Shown here: piece after piece, positions 20,020 to 30,183 of the stretch
Numbering within the stretch: the first letter of the stretch is position 1
Layout of the letters: the number at the start of each line of letters is the position of its first letter
Assembly: GCA_002306975.1 (NCBI GenBank)
Contig: DBTI01000094.1
Span: forward strand, 1,193 to 60,600
Length of the DNA: 59,408 nt
DNA from: Ruminococcaceae bacterium UBA1320
GTDB lineage: Bacteria; Bacillota; Clostridia; Oscillospirales; Ethanoligenentaceae
Direction of reading: 5' to 3'
Translations under genes and position numbers: made by a program
The notes under the pieces: generated by a model
Databases searched by the model: none
What the model was told of the DNA's origin: nothing
Seen by the model: the letters and a program-made list of their open reading frames with translations, nothing else

Positions 20020-20035
20020 CTCCTCTTCAAATCGG

Positions 20036-20626
20036 TTAGTTAAGTGCATCACGTACCTTTCGGTATTTTTGTGCGTCTTCGCCTTTACCGAGTTTTTCGC
20101 TCACATCTGCCAAAAGCGCGAAAAGCTCCGGCGAAAACGGATTTTCGGCGGCGGCAGTCCTCAGAATCGAAAGTGCCCCAACATAGTTGCCGCCGGATAT
20201 TAAGGTTCCGGTATTTTCAAGGATGTCAGCGAGGCCGTATGTGTTCGAAGTTGAACTGCCATTGGACGAGCTTTCTTTTAGAAGCTCGTCTAAAACAGTT
20301 TTGATTTTCTCTGCGGTGAACGGCTTTTGCAGGTAGGCAACCGCGCCGAGTTGAGTGCAATCTACCGCGTTTTTGACCGTTGCATAAGCGGTGATAATAA
20401 TAACAGGCGTGTTGACACCCATCTCACGCATGCGCCGCAGCACCTCTGTACCGCTCAACAACGGCATTTTAATATCGAGAAACGCAAGATCAAACCGTTC
20501 CTTTTCAATCATACTCAGCGCCAAGCGTCCATCCTCCGCCGTCTTGACAGTATAGCCCTCTAATTCTAGGCATTTCGTCAGCAAAGTGCGGATGTTTTTT
20601 GTATCGTCAACGACAAGAACATTCAT
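20036..20626 (-). CDS. Response regulator (REC plus helical/TPR-like tail, no evident DNA-binding domain)
   Basis: VVDD, FLDIKMP, ITA, KPF. Confidence 0.9.
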   Translation of the reverse strand: MNVLVVDDTKNIRTLLTKCLELEGYTVKTAEDGRLALSMIEKERFDLAFLDIKMPLLSGTEVLRRMREMGVNTPVIIITAYATVKNAVDCTQLGAVAYLQKPFTAEKIKTVLDELLKESSSNGSSTSNTYGLADILENTGTLISGGNYVGALSILRTAAAENPFSPELFALLADVSEKLGKGEDAQKYRKVRDALN

Positions 20627-22485
20627 GATGAAACCTCTTCCTCCCGTTTATATTCATCAAAAACCGGCAGGGTAAAACAAAAGGTGCTGCCGCGCCCCGG
20701 CTCGCTCTCGACGCTGATTGTGCCGCCGTGCGCCGTAACGACCTCCTTTGCCACTGAAAGCCCGATGCCGCTTCCCCGTATCTCAAGCTCGGGATTTGGA
20801 ACCTGAACAAACTTATCAAAAATCAGGTCGTGGTATTCCTTGGGGATGCCCACGCCGGTATCAGTGACAAAGGTCTGCACAAAACCGTCGGCGTAAAACG
20901 CACTGATTTTGATTGAGTCGCCTGCCCGCGTGTACTTTAAAGCGTTGCTCAAGAGGTTGTTGACCACCCAGGTCACCTTTTCAAAATCCGCGCGCACTAG
21001 CGGCAAATTCCGGGGGACCGTGTTATCTAGTTTCACATCGTGCCGCGCTGCCATCTCGGTAAAAGATCTGCATGAGTTTTCGGTGACGGCAAAAACGGAA
21101 CATTGAGTAAATGAATAGGCTGCATTTTCAGATTCGATTTTGGAAATTTCGAGAAGTTCGGAAACAAAATTAGACAGTCTTTCACCGTCATCCGAAATCG
21201 TTTTAACAATGTCCCTCTGATCGTCGCTTAACGCACCCATACCTTCCCCGGAAAGCAAGCTTGTTCCCATGATTATTGATGTGAGCGGTGTTTTTATCTC
21301 GTGCGACACTGCGGCAAAAAAATCGGTGTGCAGACGGTCAAGCTCCTTTAAGCGCGTCACGTTCCGCAAAAGCAGGATATAACCTGCCGTGTCGGCTTGC
21401 AGCCCCTTGACCGGTGTGACAGCCACATTGAAATAAAAAATTTTGCCGTCCTGCTCAAGCCGAATGACATTTTCGGTGTGCACCTTCTGCCTTTCAACAC
21501 CTTGTGAGATAAGGTCGAAAAGCGCGCCGTCCCGTATTGCTTCAAGAAAATGGTGACCGCGCACCACTTCCTCATCAATGCCAAAGAGCTTTTCGCAGGC
21601 ACTGTTTATTAGGATAATGCGGTAACTGTCGTCAAGCACGACGATGGGGTCGGAGATGCTCATAACAATCGCTACAACCTTGTTTCGCTCGCTCATAAGC
21701 GAACCCATAGTGCTCTGCTCATAGGCTGAAAGCCTTTTTGTCATCTCGTTGAACTCGTGAGCAAGCTTCCCAATTTCATCGCCGCTTTTTATATCGAGCG
21801 TAAGCCCGAGTTCACCCGCTTTCACGCGGCTTATGCCGTCGGTCAGCATGCCGAGCGGGCGCATAAATTTATTTACAAAATAGCGCGATACAAATAATCC
21901 GCCCACAACCGCAAAAAGCGAGATGAGAAGCAGGGTGTATATTGAAGTTTTCGCGCTCACCGCAGCCCTGTCCTTACTGCTGAACATAGCCTTCTGATTT
22001 AACAATATGAGACTCGAAAGTCTTTGGCGCGTGTCATTGAGGACAGGCTGCATATCTGAATTGTAAAACTGCTCCGCAGCCGACTTGCCTTTTTTATCGG
22101 CAACAAGCTGCATTTGAGAAAAGAGCTTGCCAAGCTTTGTATAATCGCCGCCTATCGCATCGATTATAGACTGCTCGCCCTTTTCGGTAACGTTGCGCGC
22201 CGCAGTATTGTAAAAACCGGTGAAATTAGCCCCGCTTGAATAGAAGTCGTCCACTCCCTTTATGCTGTCGAAGCTGATATAGTCAATCACGGCGTTGTCC
22301 TGCTGTTCCAGGGCGTCAGTCATGTTTTGCGCAGCCGATATGCTTTTGTAATTATCGGTCATTAACCCGTCCACCGATTTTTGCAGCGAGATAAGGCTTA
22401 TCACCGAAAAACAGGCAACCGCTGCCGTCAATGCGACAAGCCCGATATAAATGAGCGAGAGTTTGGTCTTAAGTGCTTTAAACAT
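20623..22485 (-). CDS. Sensor histidine kinase (4-helix sensor, HAMP, PAS)
   Basis: SHEIKTPL, NLLSNALKY, DTGVGI, GSGIGL. Confidence 0.93.
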   Translation of the reverse strand: MFKALKTKLSLIYIGLVALTAAVACFSVISLISLQKSVDGLMTDNYKSISAAQNMTDALEQQDNAVIDYISFDSIKGVDDFYSSGANFTGFYNTAARNVTEKGEQSIIDAIGGDYTKLGKLFSQMQLVADKKGKSAAEQFYNSDMQPVLNDTRQRLSSLILLNQKAMFSSKDRAAVSAKTSIYTLLLISLFAVVGGLFVSRYFVNKFMRPLGMLTDGISRVKAGELGLTLDIKSGDEIGKLAHEFNEMTKRLSAYEQSTMGSLMSERNKVVAIVMSISDPIVVLDDSYRIILINSACEKLFGIDEEVVRGHHFLEAIRDGALFDLISQGVERQKVHTENVIRLEQDGKIFYFNVAVTPVKGLQADTAGYILLLRNVTRLKELDRLHTDFFAAVSHEIKTPLTSIIMGTSLLSGEGMGALSDDQRDIVKTISDDGERLSNFVSELLEISKIESENAAYSFTQCSVFAVTENSCRSFTEMAARHDVKLDNTVPRNLPLVRADFEKVTWVVNNLLSNALKYTRAGDSIKISAFYADGFVQTFVTDTGVGIPKEYHDLIFDKFVQVPNPELEIRGSGIGLSVAKEVVTAHGGTISVESEPGRGSTFCFTLPVFDEYKREEEVSS

Positions 22486-22681
22486 GTGTCCTCCCTATAA
22501 GCGGCGTGAATAGCGCGGTATCTGATTACCGCTCAAAAACGGAGCTGCGCCGCGAAAAAATACAAACGGTGCATACAAGCAGTGAAAACCGGCGTGCGAA
22601 ATATGTGCTAAAGTGCATGAATGACCGGCAGGCGCATTTAACTTTGCTGCTGCCAAAAGGTATAATTGCAGTCATACTAAG

Positions 22682-22736
22682 TAATTCCAGTTAAGATTGA
22701 AACTCAATAGATTTTCTTATCTTAATTGGAATTGCT
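22682..22736. repeat. Short inverted-repeat element (MITE-like)
   Basis: TAATTCCAGTTAAGAT...ATCTTAATTGGAATTG; right arm matches 19995-20019. Confidence 0.6.
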
Positions 22737-22770
22737 GTAAAGGCACTCGCACACGCAAGGAGGAATTTTC

Positions 22771-22866
22771 ATGACTGACAGGATCATTTCAATAGTGCTC
22801 GATACGCTTATAGGAATAACGGCATTAGCTGTCTTCATTACATATGAACGTAATAAATACACTTGA
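22771..22866 (+). CDS. Small single-TM peptide (31 aa)
   Basis: AAGGAGG RBS; MTDRIISIVLDTLIGITALAVFITYERNKYT; TATAAT at 22661; absent from ORF track. Confidence 0.6.
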   Translation: MTDRIISIVLDTLIGITALAVFITYERNKYT

Positions 22867-22887
22867 TCGCGCGCAAATCCTTCAGGA

Positions 22888-22979
22888 TGTTGTCTTACCG
22901 CCGAGGCGGGGAGTTAACAAAACCAGTCCGCTTTAGCTCAGTTTGTTATCTTCCCCGCCCTGACGGGGAAGATAACAAA
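22888..22979. repeat. Tandem REP-like palindromes, copies B and C
   Basis: TGTTGTCTTACCGCC-GA-GGCGGGGAGTTAACA and TTTGTTATCTTCCCCG..CGGGGAAGATAACAAA. Confidence 0.75.
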
Positions 22980-23484
22980 ACCATTCTACTTTAATTGTGT
23001 AATTATTATATACAATCATGATAGGGACTTTACAAGTTAAGTCAACCTATATTACACGGATCAACATGCAGTATTTAAGCGCCACAGTGAGCATCAAGAC
23101 GATAAACAGTTCAGACAGGCTGTAAGCCTATGATTACCGGCAAATTTGGATAGTTGAAAAAACATTTGGCAAGGAGCATGCCTCCGTGCCATTTTTTATT
23201 TGCAAAATGCACAAATATTTTTCGCAAATTGTTGAATAGTGCATAATCTATTGACTGTGGACATCCCTTATTTTATCTATATGAAATAATAAGATGTGTT
23301 TCAAAAGTCTATCCGTGAGAAAAATGGCGAATAACCCAGCTTCGCTTCGCGTGAGCGGCACAATTTGATTTTGGCGTTGCAGATACTCTTGCGAATTCGG
23401 TGCTATAAAGCTGGCGGAGTTTTATAAAGTCGTCTTTCGGCGATATAATACGTGAATATGGATTTTGTGGAATGGGGGAATTAT

Positions 23485-25353
23485 ATGTTAGATAATATAA
23501 AGAAAGTTTTAATAGGCCGGCCTTTAAAAAACGAGGCGATTCACGAACAGAAATACAGCGTGCTTCTAGGGCTGCCGATACTCGCAAGTGATCCTATCTC
23601 TTCAGTGGCATACGCAAGTGAAAACGTACTGATTGTACTGATTCCCGCGATCGGCGTACTTGCATTTTCACAGCTCACGTACATTTCTCTGGCAATTATC
23701 GGTCTTTTGGTGATTTTGACTTTTTCATACCAGCAGACGCTCCACGCTTACCCCAACGGCGGCGGAGCCTACATCGTTGCTTCCGACAACCTCGGGCATA
23801 TTGCGGGTGTGACCGCCGGCGCCGCTCTCTCGGTTGACTACATACTTACGGTCGCGGTCAGCATTTCCTCAGGCACTGCGGCGATCACCTCGGCCTTCCC
23901 CACGCTTTACCCTTTCAGGGTAATTATCTGCCTTGTTGTTCTGTTTCTCATCATGCTCGGCAATCTGCGCGGCATAAGAGATTCGTCAAAGCTGTTCAGC
24001 GTTCCTACCTACACCTTCATTTTGACCATGATAATCATGATTATCTGTGGCGTAGTCGGGCATTTTACCGGCATTATCCATGCATCGCCGCTGCCGCAAA
24101 AGGTGCTTGACACAACAGGAACCGTTTCGCTACTGCTTATTCTAAGCGCGTTCGCCAACGGTTGCTCCGCACTCACCGGTGTTGAGGCTGTCAGTAATGC
24201 GATACCCAACTTTCAGGAGCCGCAGGTTAAAAACGCCAGAAGGGTACTCATTCTGCTCTCGTTTTTTGTTCTGCTGCTCTTCGGAGGCACGTCGATCCTT
24301 GCGAATTTCTATCCTGTTGTGCCAACGACAGACAAAACGGTGCTGTCACAGATAGCGGCCGAAATATTCGGACACGGCCCGATGTTCTATATTGTACAAT
24401 TGACGACTGCCGTCATTCTCGTTATGGCGGCAAACACTTCATATTCCGACTTCCCGCTGCTGTCGTCACTTATTGCAAAAGACGGTTATTCACCGCGCCA
24501 GCTTGGTATGAGGGGAGATCGCCTGAGCTTTTCCAACGGCATCATCGCTTTATCGGCGGTAGCGGCTGTGCTGATTGTCGTATTTCAGGGCGAGACAAAC
24601 GCGCTCATCCCGCTTTACGCGGTGGGTGTTTTCATTTCTTTCACGCTGTCCCAGTTTGGAATGTTCAAACGCTGGATAACACACCGAGAGGGACATTGGC
24701 TGCACAAGGCATTCATTAACGGTTTGGGCGCACTTGTAACATTTACTGTCGTAATAATCCTCGCGGTGACTAAATTCACCCACGGCGCATGGCTTGTCGT
24801 AATTGTTATCCCTTTGCTGGTTATGTTAATGCTCAAAGTAAAAAGACACTATACGGCGGTCGCAAGCCAGCTTCGCATTGAGCCTGACGAGCTTGAGCAC
24901 ATGGGCATTGAAAATGAGCCATACAGCAACCGTGTCATAGTTCCGGTCGAAAGCATCAACCGCGCAAGCGTGCGAGCGCTTCGCTACGCTGAGACTATAT
25001 CTGACAATGTAGTGGGATTCAATGTTTCAATCGATGAGGAGGACGGACGTAAGATACGTGAGCGTTTTGACAAGTTGCACACAAACGTACCGCTCCACAT
25101 CCAATATTCACCCTACCGCAAGGTGTTTGAGCCGCTTCTGCAGTTTATCGAATCTGAGGAATACGACTATAAGAAGGGCGACATGATCACGGTCATCATA
25201 CCACAGTTTGAAGTGGAAAAATGGTGGCAGCGCATACTCCACAACGGTTCGGGCAACTATCTTGAGCACCAGCTTTTAAAATACAAACACATCGTCGTAG
25301 CGACCATGCCGCTGCAGTTAAAAGACGAGGGGCTGCTCTTCAAAAAAAGGTGA
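23485..25353 (+). CDS. kimA: KimA/YdaO-like K+/H+ symporter (APC superfamily)
   Basis: LIGRPLK..., SDPISSVAY, YPNGGGAY, DYILTVAVS, LTGVEAVSN, IPLYAVGVF; cytosolic C-domain with SPYR and WWQRILHN. Confidence 0.85.
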   Translation: MLDNIKKVLIGRPLKNEAIHEQKYSVLLGLPILASDPISSVAYASENVLIVLIPAIGVLAFSQLTYISLAIIGLLVILTFSYQQTLHAYPNGGGAYIVASDNLGHIAGVTAGAALSVDYILTVAVSISSGTAAITSAFPTLYPFRVIICLVVLFLIMLGNLRGIRDSSKLFSVPTYTFILTMIIMIICGVVGHFTGIIHASPLPQKVLDTTGTVSLLLILSAFANGCSALTGVEAVSNAIPNFQEPQVKNARRVLILLSFFVLLLFGGTSILANFYPVVPTTDKTVLSQIAAEIFGHGPMFYIVQLTTAVILVMAANTSYSDFPLLSSLIAKDGYSPRQLGMRGDRLSFSNGIIALSAVAAVLIVVFQGETNALIPLYAVGVFISFTLSQFGMFKRWITHREGHWLHKAFINGLGALVTFTVVIILAVTKFTHGAWLVVIVIPLLVMLMLKVKRHYTAVASQLRIEPDELEHMGIENEPYSNRVIVPVESINRASVRALRYAETISDNVVGFNVSIDEEDGRKIRERFDKLHTNVPLHIQYSPYRKVFEPLLQFIESEEYDYKKGDMITVIIPQFEVEKWWQRILHNGSGNYLEHQLLKYKHIVVATMPLQLKDEGLLFKKR

Positions 25354-25472
25354 TACAAAGCGGATTCACATTAAAAGTTTTGGCTGAAGCCAAGATTTTC
25401 AGCCTCGTGATACAAACAATAAAAACGTCCATGAAGCTTGATATCATCTTGCTCCATGGGCTTTTTGTATAT

Positions 25473-26621
25473 TTACTTAATGCACTCTTCATTTAATTGT
25501 GTTTTCACTTTATCTGTTAACCTTCTGCCATATATCCCTTTTAACTTTGCTTTGTGTCTATACATGGCCTCGTCAGCTTTAATGAATGCGGAATATATGT
25601 TGTCAGCGCCTTTGCTGTCATAAACAGCAAATCCATAAGCAAGCTCAATTTTATGTGCACTGTTTTGGTTGATTTTTTTCAAGGTGTCATCCAAACCGGA
25701 TAATGTAAATTTTACAATCATTTGTCGTGGATCATCGCAAAGCACACAAAACTCATCACCGCCGATCCGATATGTTTTGCCAATGCCCTTAAAACATTCA
25801 TTAATTATTTTAGCGGCGCTGATAATCATTTCATCGCCTGCTTTGTGACCGTATTTATCATTGGTTTCTTTTAAATAATTTAAATCAAACATAACAATAG
25901 CAACATCTCTATTGTGCTCAATTTTATCCATTTCATTTTCAAATACTGCCCGGTTTTTAACACCTGTCTGCATATCGTATGTAAATTGCATCTCCCGCAA
26001 AAAGATATAATATAGCAGCAGAGATAAAGCAACGCTGTTCCAAACTATTGTTAATCCTAAAAACATACATTGAAAAACTGTAGCGGCTAATGGAAATATA
26101 GCAATTAAAGCAAATACTAAAATATCTCTTTCACCGTGCTCTAAAATGTTTTTGTAAGCTGCTTTTACCATAAATACATAGTAAATCAAACAAATTAGAA
26201 TCATCACAGGCAGTAAGCTGCCGCGAGTATAATAGTTATGTGAATCAACAAAGAAAATCCACCCTGTTTTATAGCTTAAAATGCTCATAAGGGCGTTAAT
26301 GTATAACGGAAATTCCAACAATCTTTTATAAAAAGTCTTTATTTTTTTACCATAGCAAAAGCGGAAAAGGATATATGGAACTATAGGGCTCAACGAAAAT
26401 CCCAATATGTTTGCTATTCGGTTAGGCACAACCAAATTGCTGTCGGTTGAATATAGCATGATAGTCGTTATTGATTCCAAAATCAACAATGCAATTGTAA
26501 TCAATGACGCAATTATATAATTTACATTTTGCCTATTTTCGCTGATATGACGTTTTGCCATTAATATAGTGAAGCAAATCGTTATAATCGACCAGACATC
26601 TGTAACAATTGCAGATACCAT
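25473..26621 (-). CDS. Membrane-bound diguanylate cyclase
   Basis: Multi-TM N-terminus, NDKYGHKAGD, RIGGDEF. Confidence 0.9.
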   Translation of the reverse strand: MVSAIVTDVWSIITICFTILMAKRHISENRQNVNYIIASLITIALLILESITTIMLYSTDSNLVVPNRIANILGFSLSPIVPYILFRFCYGKKIKTFYKRLLEFPLYINALMSILSYKTGWIFFVDSHNYYTRGSLLPVMILICLIYYVFMVKAAYKNILEHGERDILVFALIAIFPLAATVFQCMFLGLTIVWNSVALSLLLYYIFLREMQFTYDMQTGVKNRAVFENEMDKIEHNRDVAIVMFDLNYLKETNDKYGHKAGDEMIISAAKIINECFKGIGKTYRIGGDEFCVLCDDPRQMIVKFTLSGLDDTLKKINQNSAHKIELAYGFAVYDSKGADNIYSAFIKADEAMYRHKAKLKGIYGRRLTDKVKTQLNEECIK

Positions 26622-26874
26622 TATCCTATTGTTTCCTTCTTTTCTATCTAAAATCGTTTGTTATTATTTTAGTATATCATAGTAATATAAATAATTAAAG
26701 TAATAACCTATGGCTGAGATATTCCTATCTGTTTGACACCACAAAACCCCTCCAGATTAGTTGAGTTTCGTGGAGGGCATGCAGTATTACATGCCAGCCT
26801 TTCAGACCGTGAAATGCGCAACATTTCCATCTGTGATATAATGTGAAACATAAGAATGAACGGGAGACAACATA

Positions 26875-27918
26875 ATGATTAAACCAAAACAACTTAAAAA
26901 GGGCTCTAATATTGCCATTATTTCACCGTCTTGCGGTCTGCCTTTTCTATTTCCTGATATATACGAGCTTGGTCTGCGAAATCTCCGCGAACTTGGTTTT
27001 AATATCACAGAAATGCCTTCGGCAAGACTGTCACCCGATGAGCTTTATCAGAACCCGGAGCTGCGTGCGAGTGATATAAACCGTGCTTTTGCAGACAATA
27101 ACATTGACGGCATAATCTGTTCCATCGGCGGCTATGAATCGGTAAGGATTTTGCGCTATCTTGATGCGCAGACTATTCTTGGCAACCCGAAGTTAATTAT
27201 GGGCTTTTCAGACGCCACTACTATTTTATCTTATATAAATACGCTTGGGCTTGTCACGTTTTACGGTCCTACTGTTATGGCGGGTTTTGCTCAAATGAGA
27301 AACCTACCCGCAGAATTTGAGGAACATCTTAAAACCTTTTTATTATGCGATTTTGAAACCTATGCGTACAAGCCGTATCCGGTGTGGACAAATGGCTATA
27401 AAGATTGGAACGACAAGGCAACGCTCGGCGAATGCACTGAGTTTTACCCAAGTGACGGCTTGAGCTTTTTGCAGGGCGAAGCTGCCGTGGAAGGCACGCT
27501 TTGGGGCGGCTGCATTGAGGTTTTGGAGTTTTTAAAATCAACCGCGTTTTACCCTCATGATGATTTTTGGAACGGCAAAATCCTGTTTTTTGAAACCTCT
27601 GAGGATAAACCGCTCCCGATGCAGGTCGGTTACATGCTCCGCAACTATGGCGTGCAGGGTGCTTTGAACAAAATAAACGGTATTATCTTCGCCCGCCCAA
27701 AGGATTACACACTCGGCGAAAAAGAGGAACTCAGAAAGACAATTCTTGATATTTGCCGCACTGAGTTTGGTGCAAAGGATATACCGGTTGCGTTTGGCGC
27801 TGATTTTGGTCACACTGATCCGAAAGTAATTTTGCCGTTTGGCTGCAAGGTGCGGCTCGACCCTAGAGCCGGCACGATCACGCTGATGGAAACCCCGTTC
27901 AGCCGCGTGCAGAAGTAG
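26875..27918 (+). CDS. LD-carboxypeptidase, peptidase S66 (MccF-like)
   Basis: GFSDAT (Ser), LFFETSE (Glu), FGHTDP (His). Confidence 0.9.
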   Translation: MIKPKQLKKGSNIAIISPSCGLPFLFPDIYELGLRNLRELGFNITEMPSARLSPDELYQNPELRASDINRAFADNNIDGIICSIGGYESVRILRYLDAQTILGNPKLIMGFSDATTILSYINTLGLVTFYGPTVMAGFAQMRNLPAEFEEHLKTFLLCDFETYAYKPYPVWTNGYKDWNDKATLGECTEFYPSDGLSFLQGEAAVEGTLWGGCIEVLEFLKSTAFYPHDDFWNGKILFFETSEDKPLPMQVGYMLRNYGVQGALNKINGIIFARPKDYTLGEKEELRKTILDICRTEFGAKDIPVAFGADFGHTDPKVILPFGCKVRLDPRAGTITLMETPFSRVQK

Positions 27919-28681
27919 TTCCGAAATTTATTTCATACGCTACATATTCATGGTCAATATGATAGCCCAGCTTTTGCGCTAATGCTGCCGACTGCGTGTT
28001 TGCCGCGTCCCAGCTCGGGTATAGCCCTCGCTCCAAACATTCAAGAATCAGCATTGAAGCGCAGGCAAGCGCGAGCCCTTTTTTGCGGTATTTCTTTTTC
28101 GTATCAATTTCAATCTCTATGCCTTTATCATAAACAGTGTAAGATGACGCGCCGCTGACGATCTCGCCGTTATGTACCGCCGCAAAACCAAGCCCGTATT
28201 TTTCAAAGCCTTGATAGGTTGGGAACAGGGCGCACAAATCCGACGACCACTTTTCTGCTTTACCCTTATTATATAGCGCTTCATCAATCCGCTCTATTTT
28301 AAATTCCTTTGGTATGCGCTCAATAAATGAGTTCAATTTTTCTTTGTCGAACACATCCGGCTCTTTTTTTATGGCGTAGCGCATGAGCCTGCGGCATTTA
28401 TTTTTATATTCCTGTTCAATCAAATCCGCCCAGCCTTCATTTTGCGGAATGGCCAAAACAGATTGTGATGATTCCGGCAGGTTCTTTACAGGCTCGATAT
28501 TCGGAACACCTGCGAAAAAGCAGATGTCCCCTGTTAAAATTTGAGCTGATTTCGGGTCTTCTATATGATCAGCCCATGCGTTGCCCATAATACCCTGCAG
28601 GCATGACCATATGGGGGTTTCGTTCCAGCCGTCAAACAGCGCGGCTATTTTTTTCATATCTTTCTTTTCTAATTGAACCAT
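27899..28681 (-). CDS. GNAT family N-acetyltransferase
   Basis: IEIEIDT..YRKKGLA, YPSWDAAN..S..LAQKLGY. Confidence 0.9.
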   Translation of the reverse strand: MVQLEKKDMKKIAALFDGWNETPIWSCLQGIMGNAWADHIEDPKSAQILTGDICFFAGVPNIEPVKNLPESSQSVLAIPQNEGWADLIEQEYKNKCRRLMRYAIKKEPDVFDKEKLNSFIERIPKEFKIERIDEALYNKGKAEKWSSDLCALFPTYQGFEKYGLGFAAVHNGEIVSGASSYTVYDKGIEIEIDTKKKYRKKGLALACASMLILECLERGLYPSWDAANTQSAALAQKLGYHIDHEYVAYEINFGTTSARG

Positions 28682-28845
28682 TTAAGATGCCTCCAAAAGC
28701 ATAATTGCAGGCTTCGGTGTTGAACCGAAGCTTGTATTTTTATTGGCTTAGCCGCAATTTCAAATTGCGTAGCGCAACGGTTAACATAGCAGAAATTAAT
28801 ATAAGCACCGTTTGCGGCGGAAATTTTTTTGAATACCCAATTTCA

Positions 28846-30024
28846 CTATTGCTCTTTACGCAAAAGTGTTTCATATCTGTGTGAAAACGAAAGTTTTAAT
28901 AATACAGGCGTAATGATGGTTGTGAGTATTACAACAAGAATAGTTGGCAGAAAAACCTGATTGTTAATAATGCCTGCCTGCAGGCCGATATTGGCGGTTA
29001 TAATAGCCACTTCCCCGCGTGAGACCATGCCAACGCCGACCTGAAGGGATTCGCTTCTGCTCATTTTGAATATTCGTGCCGCTCCTCCGCAGCCGATAAC
29101 CTTGCCAATCACGGCAACAAGGAGCATGCAAATCGCAATCAGCATTGTATTTAGGCTAAAGCCTTCCAAGTTTGTTTCTATCCCTACACTTGCAAAGAAA
29201 ATCGGAGCAAGAAAGCCTGATGATATGGATTTTAAGCCTCGTTCCAGTGTTTCTTTGTGGACAAACTGCGATAGCAGCAAACCGCATAAATATGCGCCGG
29301 TGATCGCAGCAATACCCACGCTTTCTGCGATAAATGCAGCAAGCATAGCAGCGGCTATTGAAAACGTTAGAAATGTACGGCTTGGCTGAATGTCTTTGAG
29401 CAATTTATTGAGCAGCTTTGGCAAAAACAGAATCGCTATAATCGAAATTACGCAAAAGGCTAAAATCTCGGTAATCATTACAGCCAGTGAACCGCTCCCG
29501 CTGTTTCCACCTTTTCCCGATACTGCAAGCAAAACTGAGATAATAATAAGACCGAGTATATCGTCTATTACGGCGGCGCCGAGAATATTGATGCCAACAC
29601 GCGTGTTCAGCTTGCCAAGTTCAGCAAGCGTTTCAACCGTGATACTTACGCTGGTTGCAGTTAAGATAACGCCGATAAATATGTTTTGCCAAAAATCCTG
29701 AAAAAACAGGTAAGCGCTCAGTGTGCCTAATAACAAAGGTACAGTAATGCCTGCTATTGCTATTACAAATGCGGAAAGCCCCGCCTTTTTAAACTCGGTC
29801 AAGTTTGTTTCAAGCCCTGCCAAAAACATCAGCATGATCACGCCAAGGTTGGCAAGCAGCTTTATATTGCTGTCATAGGCCACCAGATGAAATGCTACCG
29901 GCCCGATAAGCACACCCGCGATCAGCGCGCCGAGGACTTCGGGCATTTTAAATTTGCGGGCTGCAATGCCGCCAACCTTTGTAGCCACCAAAATCAGCGC
30001 AATTTGAAGTAATACTTTTTCCAT
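28846..30024 (-). CDS. Cation:proton antiporter (CPA2, NapA/KefB-like)
   Basis: ATSVSIT, GAAVIDD, RGEVA motifs; ATG 30024 after AGGAGG. Confidence 0.92.
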   Translation of the reverse strand: MEKVLLQIALILVATKVGGIAARKFKMPEVLGALIAGVLIGPVAFHLVAYDSNIKLLANLGVIMLMFLAGLETNLTEFKKAGLSAFVIAIAGITVPLLLGTLSAYLFFQDFWQNIFIGVILTATSVSITVETLAELGKLNTRVGINILGAAVIDDILGLIIISVLLAVSGKGGNSGSGSLAVMITEILAFCVISIIAILFLPKLLNKLLKDIQPSRTFLTFSIAAAMLAAFIAESVGIAAITGAYLCGLLLSQFVHKETLERGLKSISSGFLAPIFFASVGIETNLEGFSLNTMLIAICMLLVAVIGKVIGCGGAARIFKMSRSESLQVGVGMVSRGEVAIITANIGLQAGIINNQVFLPTILVVILTTIITPVLLKLSFSHRYETLLRKEQ

Positions 30025-30039
30025 ATCGAACCTCCTATA

Positions 30040-30122
30040 AAAAAACAAGGTGGGAAGCCTAAAAAGGCTTCCCACCCAAGAAGCTGATTCTTGAAAACGA
30101 CCGAAGCCGTCCAACCGAAACA
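30040..30122 (-). promoter_or_regulatory. Candidate Na+-sensing riboswitch (DUF1646/Na+-I-like) with overlapping intrinsic terminator
   Basis: Leader CGGTTG-[GACGGC TTCG GTCGTT]-TT-[CAAGA..TCTTG]-GGT overlaps terminator GGTGGGAAGCCT/AGGCTTCCCACC+T-run just before the RBS; extended -10 TGATATAAT upstream. Confidence 0.55.
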
Positions 30123-30183
30123 ATAATCTTATCAATTTATTATATCACGAGTAAGCGCCCGAAGTAAACAATTTTATACAATT

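Noticed and set aside
23200-23485. c-di-AMP (ydaO) riboswitch expected before kimA
   Set aside because: Conserved GCTGAATCC/GGGGAACC/CAGCTAAC elements were not found by eye
26875-28681. MccF-like peptidase plus GNAT as a microcin C immunity pair
   Set aside because: Genes are convergent, both families are widespread and no mcc biosynthesis genes are present
30025-30135. N-terminal extension of the antiporter in the ORF track
   Set aside because: Region is the structured leader; the AGGAGG RBS precedes ATG 30024
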